Below are positions 17,255-27,443 of a stretch of 64,000 bases of DNA, one piece after another. Location of the stretch: positions 1 through 64,000 of IMG/VR virus record IMGVR_UViG_3300028048_000086; one strand, given 5' to 3'. The stretch comes from a virus. Lineage: Duplodnaviria > Caudoviricetes. The stretch's first letter is position 1; the number at the start of each line of letters is the position of its first letter. The position numbers were made by a program, and so were the translations under genes. The notes under the pieces were generated by a model that was not told where the DNA came from, did not search any database, and saw only the letters and a program-made list of their open reading frames with translations.

Positions 17255-17258
17255 TTAT

Positions 17259-19001
17259 TCAATTAACCTCCTTCTCTCCGAAGAGCAGTACGTAATGCTG
17301 TCCAGCGGCAATATGTCTGTCTACGGCATCTTTGATTTTTTCTCTATGTTCTTCCAGCCTCTTAGGAAGCCGAATAATGATCGTAGAACCTAATCTGTAC
17401 GGTCTCCCTTTTACATTACCGATATCCAGTAAACTATAGACATCTTTTTCGTCTACGGGGAGGCCGCCGCCATACGGACGAATATCTACGAGAGAAGATT
17501 TATCCTTCGCCGTAATGATAATATCTGCGATCTTGTAACCGTTCGTTTCCTTGCTGTAGTTTTCTTGTTCAATTAGCTGGGGATCCAGTTCGGAGTTTAT
17601 TGTCAGGCACCAATGTTTATTCGCATCCGTAATCTTGAATGTCCTTGCCTTTTTCATATAGATCTTCCGAGAAGAATCTTTTAAAGGCATCAACTTAATC
17701 GTGATAAGTCCTTCCTGGATTTCCGCCGTCAGATTCGCATGAGTCGTTAGCAACTTTACGTCTTCCGGCTTATAGAACATAATCGTTCCTTTAGTCGTCA
17801 GATAAGACGATATGCCGTCGCCTTTCTTCGGATCTTTCGAGCCTTTTCCGTTCTTACGGAACAAGATATCTTTATTCGAGTCTACCGAAATAAACGAGAC
17901 ATCCTCTTTATTCGTATTCACGTAAAGAAGCTGATATTCTCCGTTGAGTTCATAGCCGGAAAAATACAGGAGCTTCGAAAGGCTGATTTTCTTATGGTAA
18001 GTATCGAGGCGTTCTCCGGAGTAAGATACGTAGTCAACTGGTTCATCCGTAATCCAGCTAGAAGCATAACGAGAAGTACGATAGCTTTTAAGAAATACCG
18101 TAACCAGTACATCATAGATAATCTTTACGTTGTCTATCGCCTTATCCATAAACTCTTTCGGAGTTATGATGACATAGCCGACGTTTCTCTTGTGGAGAAC
18201 GAGTACGTCTTCATACGGGAATTCATATTCATAAACGTCATCCGGATACCCGCCGTGAGACCCCGACTGCTTGAATATCTTTTTCGGCTTGCTTTTTCGT
18301 TCCGATGGAACATAAAACGTCCCGTAAGTGCCTTCTTTTTTGAATGTATACTGGACATCTTTCTTCAGCTCTTGAATCATATCGTCGAAAGTATCTACTT
18401 GGAGCCATAAGTTGATATGATTATCGAAACAGGTCTTCAGCGTCTTTTCTTCATCGCCATTATCCGATCTCATAAACATGAAATCAGCTTTCGTACTAGC
18501 TGCTTTGGCTAAGAACTCCGTATAGTCGATGCTTCCCTTGTTTATGGTAATGTTCGACGGGCAGATGCCTCTTTTATTCGCATCGCCAAATACACTGATC
18601 AGCGTATTTACAAGATCATGTTCGTAGCTGTTGTCGATAACGCCGACGGTTATATCGTAAGAAGCAGAGCTTCGATAAGTCATCGCTTTCTTGATAACAG
18701 CATCACATGTGAAAGTCTCTGGCTGGAATTCCGTTGCGTTGCTCGGTTCGTAAGAATATATATTCCCTGAACGCTTGAATTTTCCGTTGATCTTCTTCCC
18801 TTCGCTATTAAATACATAAGGCACGGAATCAAATTTCTGATAGGCATATACCTGTTCCGAGCTGTCCGTCGCGAAGTCCTTTGACAGATAAAAATCAACA
18901 TTGAATGTCGCATCCTGCGAATCGATATAGGCAAGCGGAATATCCGTCGGTTCTACTCTCTTGGATTCTACGATATCTCTATCCGATACTTTTATCTTCA
19001 C
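17259..19001 (-). CDS. Hypothetical baseplate protein
   Basis: 580 aa, GTG start; C-terminal DIRPYGGGLP...LLDIG...IIIRLP...HIAAG resembles baseplate wedge C-termini. Confidence 0.5.
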   Translation of the reverse strand: MKIKVSDRDIVESKRVEPTDIPLAYIDSQDATFNVDFYLSKDFATDSSEQVYAYQKFDSVPYVFNSEGKKINGKFKRSGNIYSYEPSNATEFQPETFTCDAVIKKAMTYRSSASYDITVGVIDNSYEHDLVNTLISVFGDANKRGICPSNITINKGSIDYTEFLAKAASTKADFMFMRSDNGDEEKTLKTCFDNHINLWLQVDTFDDMIQELKKDVQYTFKKEGTYGTFYVPSERKSKPKKIFKQSGSHGGYPDDVYEYEFPYEDVLVLHKRNVGYVIITPKEFMDKAIDNVKIIYDVLVTVFLKSYRTSRYASSWITDEPVDYVSYSGERLDTYHKKISLSKLLYFSGYELNGEYQLLYVNTNKEDVSFISVDSNKDILFRKNGKGSKDPKKGDGISSYLTTKGTIMFYKPEDVKLLTTHANLTAEIQEGLITIKLMPLKDSSRKIYMKKARTFKITDANKHWCLTINSELDPQLIEQENYSKETNGYKIADIIITAKDKSSLVDIRPYGGGLPVDEKDVYSLLDIGNVKGRPYRLGSTIIIRLPKRLEEHREKIKDAVDRHIAAGQHYVLLFGEKEVN

Positions 19002-19005
19002 GGTA

Positions 19006-21153
19006 TCACCTCTTTTTCCTCGCTACGATATACTTCGTCTTCAGGGAATCAATCTGCGTGCGAACATATCCCGGATTCATATTATCTGAGTTCATGTCAT
19101 AATGAATATCCAGCTTTTCTTCATCAGAAGCAACGTCGAGCTCGTATTGGCGAACATCGTCACGATAATTCAGCGTATAGCTGTCTTTCTTGAGATAGTC
19201 GATGATAATTTCTTCATATTTATTCCGGATTTCCGGATGCAGGGCAATGCGGCCCGTCTCGATTCCGATATCGAAGAGTTTTCCTGAAACAACTTCATAT
19301 TCTTCTGCGTAGTAGTCAATCGAATTCATAGAAGCTTTTGATGGAACACGATAAAAATATTTCGGATGCTTTTTTGCGCCTTTTCGAATGCCATAGACGA
19401 TGACGTCCAAATTGTTCTTTGAAATCGGCTTTGATAAGAAGATATATTTCTGATCGCCCGGGAAAGTCTCTCTTTCGTAGTTCGTGAACTCATAATAGAA
19501 ATCTTCCAGGGAATCATATTCTGCTACGATATAAGCGTAACGTTTCAAGTCTTCATTCTTGATCGCGAAGAAGTTGCCGAAGAACTCAATATGCTCATAC
19601 GGAATCTCGCTATAAGCGGACGCTGCTTTTGAAATAGAATCAGCGTTCTTATTGATGCGGGCTTCCACTGGAATTCCGTATACCTTGATTGAATGAATAT
19701 TTAGCGGGATATTTTCTCCCAAGAAGAATGGCGCTGTCTTTCGAAAGAATACGAGTTTTTTATGTGGGATAATGACTTCCCGATAAGATGCCGACAAGTC
19801 AATCGGCTCTTTCTGACTATTAAGAATCACGACAGGACTGACGATCGAACTCGGAATATATCTCTTAATAGTTTTCTGGATAATCTTATCGACGGACGTT
19901 CCGTCTTCAGCGATGAACTCCAGTGACGTTATCGTCATGCTCATGTTGTCCATGATCGTAATGATATTCCGATCGTCAGGATCAATTTTCCTTTCGGTGA
20001 TTACCTGGATCGCGGCGGTGTCTTCCAGTACTTGAACCGTATGGGTTGCTACATCGTAGACATATTTATAGTACTTTCCGAGAGAGATGCCCATATCATT
20101 GATTGAGAGTTTCTTCTTGCCATTGTGAATAACGGCGTAGGGACATGGAAGAGTGAAATCCAGCCATTCAGGAATACGTTCGATCCTCGCCCGCCACTTG
20201 ATTTTTTTATATCCAGTAAGAATAATCTCGATACTGCTGCCGTCTTGATGGTATGGATTTTCATCTGTCTCTACGAAGGAAGAATAGTCATTGTCCATGA
20301 TGGCAATATTCTTGACAGCTCCATTCTGCCCCTTGAACTTGATTGATATCTCCTGCGGAGCTTTTAAATAAAACGAGCCATCTTTCTCCAATATATTCTT
20401 CTTATCATCTTCGAGCCCCATATCTCCTTCCGAGATATTTACCGCCGACGGAAATAGATATCCCTTGATATCATTTTCTCCGTTGACTTTTTCCGTCTCG
20501 TACTTGAAGTAATGCTTTCCAGCAGGAACGGTGATATAATCCTGCTCAATTTCGGCATCGTGTTCACAGTTCTCGAAGATAATCTTGTCTCTCTCGAAGG
20601 AGAGGCGGCCGCCCATCGAATTTCCGACATTCGTTCTCCAGTGTCTCGGAACGGACGATTTGAAATTCACGGAACGGATCGTGTTATCCGCATTCGAATA
20701 AAAGCCGACTCGATAAGACTGGAATAGCTTATCAAGATGTATCTGCCCGAGAGAAACATCTCTTGGATTGTTATTCGAGTCCAGCGTATGATATACAGCC
20801 GAGAAGACGTGCCCTTTTAACGTAAATGTCAGCGAGGCATTCTGGATCTCTGGCTCGAAGATACAGCCGCCAGAATAGATTTCTTTCTGGAGACCGAGTC
20901 TTTTACGATAAACTCGGTAATCATTCAAGCCGACCTTTCCGAGATAGAGATTCGAGTAGCTATTTAACAGCGATGGATTCTTTTCATCGCATTCAATCAG
21001 GGCGACACCGAATCCTGGCCGCTCATAATCTACGACGACATTGATTTCCAAGTCTCCGCTGAACAGATAAGACGAACAAAGGATGTCCGGTTCATAGAAC
21101 TGGACACCCTCCGTGACTTTCTGTACGCGGCTACCTTTATCAAAGATAAACAT
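19006..21153 (-). CDS. Hypothetical baseplate protein
   Basis: 715 aa, beta-rich, coupled to the upstream gene (TGATG overlap). Confidence 0.5.
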   Translation of the reverse strand: MFIFDKGSRVQKVTEGVQFYEPDILCSSYLFSGDLEINVVVDYERPGFGVALIECDEKNPSLLNSYSNLYLGKVGLNDYRVYRKRLGLQKEIYSGGCIFEPEIQNASLTFTLKGHVFSAVYHTLDSNNNPRDVSLGQIHLDKLFQSYRVGFYSNADNTIRSVNFKSSVPRHWRTNVGNSMGGRLSFERDKIIFENCEHDAEIEQDYITVPAGKHYFKYETEKVNGENDIKGYLFPSAVNISEGDMGLEDDKKNILEKDGSFYLKAPQEISIKFKGQNGAVKNIAIMDNDYSSFVETDENPYHQDGSSIEIILTGYKKIKWRARIERIPEWLDFTLPCPYAVIHNGKKKLSINDMGISLGKYYKYVYDVATHTVQVLEDTAAIQVITERKIDPDDRNIITIMDNMSMTITSLEFIAEDGTSVDKIIQKTIKRYIPSSIVSPVVILNSQKEPIDLSASYREVIIPHKKLVFFRKTAPFFLGENIPLNIHSIKVYGIPVEARINKNADSISKAASAYSEIPYEHIEFFGNFFAIKNEDLKRYAYIVAEYDSLEDFYYEFTNYERETFPGDQKYIFLSKPISKNNLDVIVYGIRKGAKKHPKYFYRVPSKASMNSIDYYAEEYEVVSGKLFDIGIETGRIALHPEIRNKYEEIIIDYLKKDSYTLNYRDDVRQYELDVASDEEKLDIHYDMNSDNMNPGYVRTQIDSLKTKYIVARKKR

Positions 21154-24100
21154 CAGGAAGCCACCTCAAAAACTATATTGTCAATTTTTATGCTAGCGCT
21201 CGTATCGTTGATTTCGATCTTGAGCTGAAAATATCTATAATCATAGAATACATGCGAATCAGAGAAGCCCAGGCGGTTATTCAATTTCGCTGAATACCAG
21301 TCCGTCCAGACAATCGAGTTGTCGTCTTCGCGGCATCCTCTTACAGATATTTCGATATTTTTCAGATTTGTCGCGGAGCCTTCGATACGCCGTAAACGAT
21401 AATTCGCCGAAGTCACTAAATCGTATACTTTCGTGATAACGGATCCGTTGACTCTCGGCAATACATGCAGGTCATGCTTGGCATTCTCAGCGTATCTTGC
21501 GTAGATCTCTATATTTTCTATTACGCGATTGGCCGGTATTTCAACTACAATTCGTACAAAAGAGTCTAGCTCGCTACCGACAACGGACACCATGTTTGTC
21601 TTCTTGTCAAGCAGGACTTCTCGCAGATTGTCGCCATTCTGTGTCGGCGATGTCTGTACGTGGATATTGAAGAATCGGAACCCATCGACGAGAACATCAT
21701 TGATCTTGATATAGAGAGCTAAGACATTCTCGTGATCCGGCAGGTATGTCCATGGAGAAGTAATCGTGCCGGCTTCTGTTCCCGTATAGAAAGCATTCTT
21801 CCTGAGACCGACACGATAGCCGACGAACTCGTCGAAGTTATCCTTAAATTCCGCGATACGGGTAACGCCCCAGTCGATAGACGAGCCAGTCTCGATTCTT
21901 CCATCTTGAGCGATTTCCGCGTTGTCTTCCCGGTTGCCCTCCGAAGTAAATGCTTCTTTTACGAGCATTCTCTTATGCGTCTGTTCTGGGATATCCAGCT
22001 GAATTGAGTCAATGAACTTCGTATGACGAGTTTCGTCGAGAGAATCTTCGAGAATAATATCATCGATGGCGCCGCTGCCCATAATGCAGAGGTAATATCT
22101 CGTCTCTTCTTCGAGATTCTCGAAGTGATACGTGAGATACTTATCGTCTCTTTCACACTGGCCGATGGACTGACAGAAGATTGACCGAGCCATGCGGTCA
22201 ACTCCGGCATAGATTTCTTTCATGATATAAGCATCGATGCCAGCATCCGCGTAGAAAGACAGCCAAGAATTTGATTTAATAGCTTGGGTGATATTTAGCA
22301 GGGCGTATGCTGCCGACTCTTTCTTCTGAAAATTAATTCCTAGTCCGTTGATACTCGGAACAAGCGAAATATTCATTCCGAAAGAACGCCAGAGCTGATA
22401 AGAATCGCAGGCGGTGGTTGCCTTAAAATCTGAGACGCCTTCGATGCGATCTTGATCGTCATGGCAGTCAATCACACAGATTTTCTCTAGATGGTCTCCA
22501 TTCGTCATAACCGTATCTAGTACGTAGTTATTAGATTCTGGAGACCCCTGAAGCGTATTCGCCGTTCTTGAGATATTCTTGAGCTCGATGTCTTCCATAC
22601 GATTGACGGAGTCCGTATCATCATCACTGTAAAGATAATATTCGTCTTTGCCGTCATAATAATATCCACTCTGGACAATAGCGACATTTCGGTCGGGATA
22701 GCGATGCACCGTGACAACAGGGCCGGAAAGTGTCGTATAGAAGTCGCTATTATTTGTATGAACGATGATACGGCTCGCGGGGCCGTCTTCGAACTGGAGT
22801 TCTCTTTGCTCTCCATCTTTCAGTTTCTTATATACGATCGGGGTCTTATTGATAACTTCGTAGGCATCAACCGGATATCCGATGATTTCATAAAGAGAAG
22901 AGACATCCTTGAATTCCAGGGATTTTGGCCGTAAATATTGATACGTAATTTTTACTTTCTGGCCGACGTATTCCTTCCCGAGCTTCCACGTAACGATGCC
23001 CGCATCAGGGAGCAGCGAATAAGATGATTCATGGAGTTTCTTTCCTCCGCAATTTATATCGAGAATCTCCGTTGCGTTAGAGTACCATAGCTTATTGAAT
23101 CCGTCTTCTTCGATATAGAGTTCTTCTACGGTCGTTTCTTTCTGGTAAGAAACCTTCATGTCATCCGGAGGAATAATCAGATAGCGAGCTAAATCATAAC
23201 TCGTATCGCCAATCTGATAGCTATCTTCCAGCTCGATATTATTGCTCAGCGTAAAAGACTCATTCAAATTGTCGACATCAAGCTGGTAAGATGTGTTATT
23301 CCCGAACTCTAAATCATAAGCGACCCGCAACCCGAGATGATTTTCGCCGAGAGCCCAGTCCGTATAATACGTATCTGATCCATCGCTCTTCTCGAATTCA
23401 ATATCAACCTTTTCTCCATTTTCAAGTGTCGGAGATTCTACGGTCATATAAATTAGCTTGCCATTCGGAATCGCCGGGAAGAACGTATTGATTACGGGAA
23501 TGTTCTTCATAGACGGCTGGAGAAGCTGAACGGAATTATACGCGATGTACGTATTATATTTCGTCGGACGCAGGAAGCAATGATCGAATGCGGCGCTCGA
23601 AATCTTCGAGCTTTCAATCGTATTATTGTGAAGAGCATCTAGAATGAAGACGCCGCGAACGTTATCCGGAAGCCCAGAGAATTCGAACTGGTCACTTTTT
23701 ACCGGGAGATCTCTAGGATAGATGGAGACGACTCTTGTCTGTTCTCCGTTCTTTATAATAAAGCCATCGGAAGTACCGGAGATAAAAAGTTTATCGTCCG
23801 TGCTCAAGTTTAAAATCGTCGAAAGTGTTTGTTCTCCCGTATTTCTCGTTACTTCGCCGGAGAACGTGATATACCGAATACTTTCTCCGGGCTTTACCGA
23901 GAATGTCGCCGCATTGCTGCCATGATAAGCAATCGTGTTAATTACCGGGCTCGACGCCGTGATGTTGCTGTAGCGAGAAATGTCGATAATGACCGGAGCG
24001 TCTGAATCCGTTTGATTCACGTATGACGTATGTGTATCATAATCAGAATCGACGAGAGTGCCGTTTTTGCGGAGTTCTACGCGGCAATTCGTTTCTATCG

Positions 24101-26144
24101 CGAAGCTGGCTTTTTTATCGATCTCGACATTCGAGATAGTATATGATGACTTTAAGAGCGACGGGCCGATATGGATATACTGGAACTGCGGAGCGTAGAT
24201 GCTCATGGACGTAACACGGATATGCATCACATTCTTGCCATATCCGATCGGCAGTCTCATATAATTCTGAGCGTAGATCATTTCACCATGATCGAAAGAG
24301 TATGTCACCGTATATCGAGCCGCCGTGATATTCCGAATCGTAACCGGAAGCATGCCTGCTTTAGTGATGACGACTTTAACTCTGGCCATATGATCGAATT
24401 CATAATGGAATGTTTTAGCCTTGGTATAAAGACCAGATTTCTCAGGATCTAGCTTTCCATCGATTGAAAACATGATGGAGATAGATCCCTGCTTCGCCGC
24501 ATCGGCCGCCGCCGCGAATGTATACGACAGCGAATTACAGTTGATATCGATCGTCACGGTACTCGCAGAATCGACAGAATGACTCTCGATATTCTTGCTA
24601 TCAACTAGAGCAAAGCTGCCAGTTGTCTTGACGAAGTTCTCGTCATTTGTGTAATTCATCTCACGGCAAGTATATGATGGCATTAGCAGCTGGCCTTCCA
24701 GACCGGAAATATCCAAGTCCATCGTGCCGACGGTGCCTTTGTCTCCTAACGTAAAACCTTCAAGATTATCTACCACGTTGTCGTAACTATCAAAAGTCTT
24801 TACCTGGGTGATATGGAACTTGACATCTGAGTTCCGCAGGACGCCGCCATTGAACTTGAAAGCTCCCTGCTCTTTCAGCAGGCTCTTCGATGTTTTTTCA
24901 TCATATACGAGATCGCATTTAGAAATCGTCATGTCCGAGTATTCACTTCTCGGATAGAACGTTAAATCATATTTCTGGCCGACTTCCGGCAATGCTCCGA
25001 CTTCTTCCGTTAAGTTACCTTTATCTAGTATGATTTCTGAAACCGGAGTCTGAATCTCGCCCGTGATATGCTGCTTTGATTTTACGTAAATCGTATTCGA
25101 ATCAATTTCCTGCGCATCAGAAGCAGTGATTTTATATTTTACGTCTTTCGAGATGAGTTCATCACGATATCTCTTCAGCTTAAGAGGTATCGTCTTCTGA
25201 ATCCCCTGCTTGCGAATATACTCGTTAACAGTGATTTGGTTCGCCTTATATCCGGTAACGTAAATATCCGTTGTCTCATCAGCAGAATCCGAAGACATCT
25301 TGACTTTCAAATCGCCACCTTGTCCGGTGCCATTCTGATACGTAGAAAGCTCTTTATCCCACTCGTTCGGGATATACGTCGTTTGCTTGAAGTTGTTTTC
25401 CCAGTAGCTCTGGTTCCAGACTTTGTCTTTCGCGCTATCTTGATTTAATTCAGAGATCTCATCATAGATCGTGCTTCCATTTTCGTCTTTCTCGAAGATA
25501 TTCTCTCCGTTAGGTTCTTCGAATAAGATTTCTTCTGGAAGCAGATTGTCATAGTTGATGACGCTGTTAATAATAGCGTTTTTCAAGCCGGCTTCCGCAG
25601 AACTCGTCGGATTCCGATAAACGGCATAAATGCGTTTGACTAATTCAGCATTTGTTTCTCCGTCGTAACGATCGATGCCGCTGAATAGGGCGTATTCATC
25701 GAAAATATTCCAGAGATGCTGTTTCGACGTATTCGCCGAATGGATGTATTTATCGATCGTCTCGTATTTGATTTCCGGACCGGGATCTTCTCCGAACACC
25801 AAGTAGCCGCCTTGATACAAGACATATTTCCTGATATCTCTCAAGAACTCTCTCGCTGATTCCGTTACTTCGAGAGCTGGAGATTTCATAGTAATTGTCG
25901 GCAGTTCTCCCACGAGAGAGATCCAGACGGTCTCTAAGACTTCGTCTTCCTTCTTGTCATACGTTTTTAGAAAGAAACTTTTCTCGAAGTCCTTGAATTC
26001 TTTACAGAGACTATCCTGCTCTTCAGTAAAAGCTGATAGAAGCTTGCCGCCGCGAGACGTGCGAAATCTCTTGTTGATGTCCATCCATTCAGGAAAGAAA
26101 TCTAACGCGATTTCGTTTGCCTGCTGAACATTATACATCTGCAT
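21153..26144 (-). CDS. Large baseplate wedge protein
   Basis: 1663 aa directly after the baseplate J-like gene; HLWNIFDEYALFSGIDRYDGETNAELVKRI resembles the gpI/gp7-type N-terminal motif. Confidence 0.6.
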   Translation of the reverse strand: MQMYNVQQANEIALDFFPEWMDINKRFRTSRGGKLLSAFTEEQDSLCKEFKDFEKSFFLKTYDKKEDEVLETVWISLVGELPTITMKSPALEVTESAREFLRDIRKYVLYQGGYLVFGEDPGPEIKYETIDKYIHSANTSKQHLWNIFDEYALFSGIDRYDGETNAELVKRIYAVYRNPTSSAEAGLKNAIINSVINYDNLLPEEILFEEPNGENIFEKDENGSTIYDEISELNQDSAKDKVWNQSYWENNFKQTTYIPNEWDKELSTYQNGTGQGGDLKVKMSSDSADETTDIYVTGYKANQITVNEYIRKQGIQKTIPLKLKRYRDELISKDVKYKITASDAQEIDSNTIYVKSKQHITGEIQTPVSEIILDKGNLTEEVGALPEVGQKYDLTFYPRSEYSDMTISKCDLVYDEKTSKSLLKEQGAFKFNGGVLRNSDVKFHITQVKTFDSYDNVVDNLEGFTLGDKGTVGTMDLDISGLEGQLLMPSYTCREMNYTNDENFVKTTGSFALVDSKNIESHSVDSASTVTIDINCNSLSYTFAAAADAAKQGSISIMFSIDGKLDPEKSGLYTKAKTFHYEFDHMARVKVVITKAGMLPVTIRNITAARYTVTYSFDHGEMIYAQNYMRLPIGYGKNVMHIRVTSMSIYAPQFQYIHIGPSLLKSSYTISNVEIDKKASFAIETNCRVELRKNGTLVDSDYDTHTSYVNQTDSDAPVIIDISRYSNITASSPVINTIAYHGSNAATFSVKPGESIRYITFSGEVTRNTGEQTLSTILNLSTDDKLFISGTSDGFIIKNGEQTRVVSIYPRDLPVKSDQFEFSGLPDNVRGVFILDALHNNTIESSKISSAAFDHCFLRPTKYNTYIAYNSVQLLQPSMKNIPVINTFFPAIPNGKLIYMTVESPTLENGEKVDIEFEKSDGSDTYYTDWALGENHLGLRVAYDLEFGNNTSYQLDVDNLNESFTLSNNIELEDSYQIGDTSYDLARYLIIPPDDMKVSYQKETTVEELYIEEDGFNKLWYSNATEILDINCGGKKLHESSYSLLPDAGIVTWKLGKEYVGQKVKITYQYLRPKSLEFKDVSSLYEIIGYPVDAYEVINKTPIVYKKLKDGEQRELQFEDGPASRIIVHTNNSDFYTTLSGPVVTVHRYPDRNVAIVQSGYYYDGKDEYYLYSDDDTDSVNRMEDIELKNISRTANTLQGSPESNNYVLDTVMTNGDHLEKICVIDCHDDQDRIEGVSDFKATTACDSYQLWRSFGMNISLVPSINGLGINFQKKESAAYALLNITQAIKSNSWLSFYADAGIDAYIMKEIYAGVDRMARSIFCQSIGQCERDDKYLTYHFENLEEETRYYLCIMGSGAIDDIILEDSLDETRHTKFIDSIQLDIPEQTHKRMLVKEAFTSEGNREDNAEIAQDGRIETGSSIDWGVTRIAEFKDNFDEFVGYRVGLRKNAFYTGTEAGTITSPWTYLPDHENVLALYIKINDVLVDGFRFFNIHVQTSPTQNGDNLREVLLDKKTNMVSVVGSELDSFVRIVVEIPANRVIENIEIYARYAENAKHDLHVLPRVNGSVITKVYDLVTSANYRLRRIEGSATNLKNIEISVRGCREDDNSIVWTDWYSAKLNNRLGFSDSHVFYDYRYFQLKIEINDTSASIKIDNIVFEVAS

Positions 26145-26940
26145 TACTCGTATCTCCTATCCAGTGGATTTCATCGAAGAGCATCTTAGATTCCGTATCC
26201 TGAAGAATTCGCATCGTGCTAACTTGATAGTTATTGATATAGAGGCCGAGAACGCTAAAATACTCTACGTTTGAAGTATTAACGCCCATACGATTGATAT
26301 CTCCGATTGACAGGTAATCATTCGGCGCGATAGAGTTGATATAAGTAGAGATAGAGTCTGTAAGATACTGCTTGATAGCTGTCTCGTCCTGACTTGTTTT
26401 GAGATAGATTTCGAGAGAAACTGAACGGACTTCAGGGATAATATAATCAACGTAGAGCTGGGCACTCGCATACTTCTCGATAATCTTACGAGCCTCCAGT
26501 AAAGATTCGCTGATAGATTCTTGCGTATAATGCTTTGGAATCACGTAGCACGTCGCCGTACCGCATCCATGCGTAAAAGTAACGAACGAGATGTTCTCCG
26601 CGTATTGAGGAGACAAACATGCCGTATCGATTGCCGTACGGTTCGATGTCTCCATCATCTGTTCCCATTTCATCAGGCGATATTTATAAGAATCATCGCT
26701 CTCTCCGGACTTGCGCGGAACATTAACCCAAGTGCCGGTATCATCAAGACGAGTCCCTTCTAGGTATGTCCATACATGAGGCGTACGATTGTCATCGATT
26801 GCCTGATAGTTTCCATGGACTTCTTCGGCGGCAGCCAGGGCATAAAGGTCGATGACTGCGCCCGGATCATCTCCAGTTTTCTCGACGAATCTATCTCGTA
26901 TATCTTGAAAGATTTCGTCAGATGTTTTTACTTCTGCCAC
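26131..26940 (-). CDS. Baseplate J-like (gp6-like) protein
   Basis: GTRLDDTG...RKSGESDDSYKYRL and GCGTATCYVIP motifs; follows the gp25-like gene. Confidence 0.7.
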   Translation of the reverse strand: MAEVKTSDEIFQDIRDRFVEKTGDDPGAVIDLYALAAAEEVHGNYQAIDDNRTPHVWTYLEGTRLDDTGTWVNVPRKSGESDDSYKYRLMKWEQMMETSNRTAIDTACLSPQYAENISFVTFTHGCGTATCYVIPKHYTQESISESLLEARKIIEKYASAQLYVDYIIPEVRSVSLEIYLKTSQDETAIKQYLTDSISTYINSIAPNDYLSIGDINRMGVNTSNVEYFSVLGLYINNYQVSTMRILQDTESKMLFDEIHWIGDTSNADV

Positions 26941-26942
26941 TT

Positions 26943-27431
26943 TTATGCCTCCATCGTGAAATTATAGATTTCTTCTTTGCCGTCGTAGATATAAATGTCG
27001 AGGTTCTGCCAAGAGAAAGGAGAATCATTGATTTCTCGTTTCTCTATCTCAACTCTCGGATCATTTAAGAACGGAGAAACGGTATCGAGTACGGCATCAT
27101 GAATCCCATCGATCGTTGTCTTAGCGAGAATATCTAAATGCCTTTTAGCGATTACTTGCTCATTAATTCTGAGTAGGATCATGATTCTCTGGCGCAGCTC
27201 TTCACGATCAAGAGCACTGTCAATCTGATTCGCGTGAGATTTCTCTCCGAGATAAAAAGACAACGTGATTCCGTTTTCAAGCTTTGGCGGGTCTACTGCG
27301 TTACGCCCGGTACGAAACTTTAAACGCAAAACTGGGTAATCAGAAAACATCCATTTGAGCTTTGTCTTCGCGAGAACTTCGGATTCTCTTTCTTTTAAGT
27401 CACCGCTATTCGTAATCGCCAAATCAATCAT
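26943..27431 (-). CDS. gp25-like baseplate wedge / sheath initiator
   Basis: MIDLAITNSGDL start, ELRQRIMILLR helix, size and position before baseplate J. Confidence 0.55.
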   Translation of the reverse strand: MIDLAITNSGDLKERESEVLAKTKLKWMFSDYPVLRLKFRTGRNAVDPPKLENGITLSFYLGEKSHANQIDSALDREELRQRIMILLRINEQVIAKRHLDILAKTTIDGIHDAVLDTVSPFLNDPRVEIEKREINDSPFSWQNLDIYIYDGKEEIYNFTMEA

Positions 27432-27443
27432 TTATATCGTCCT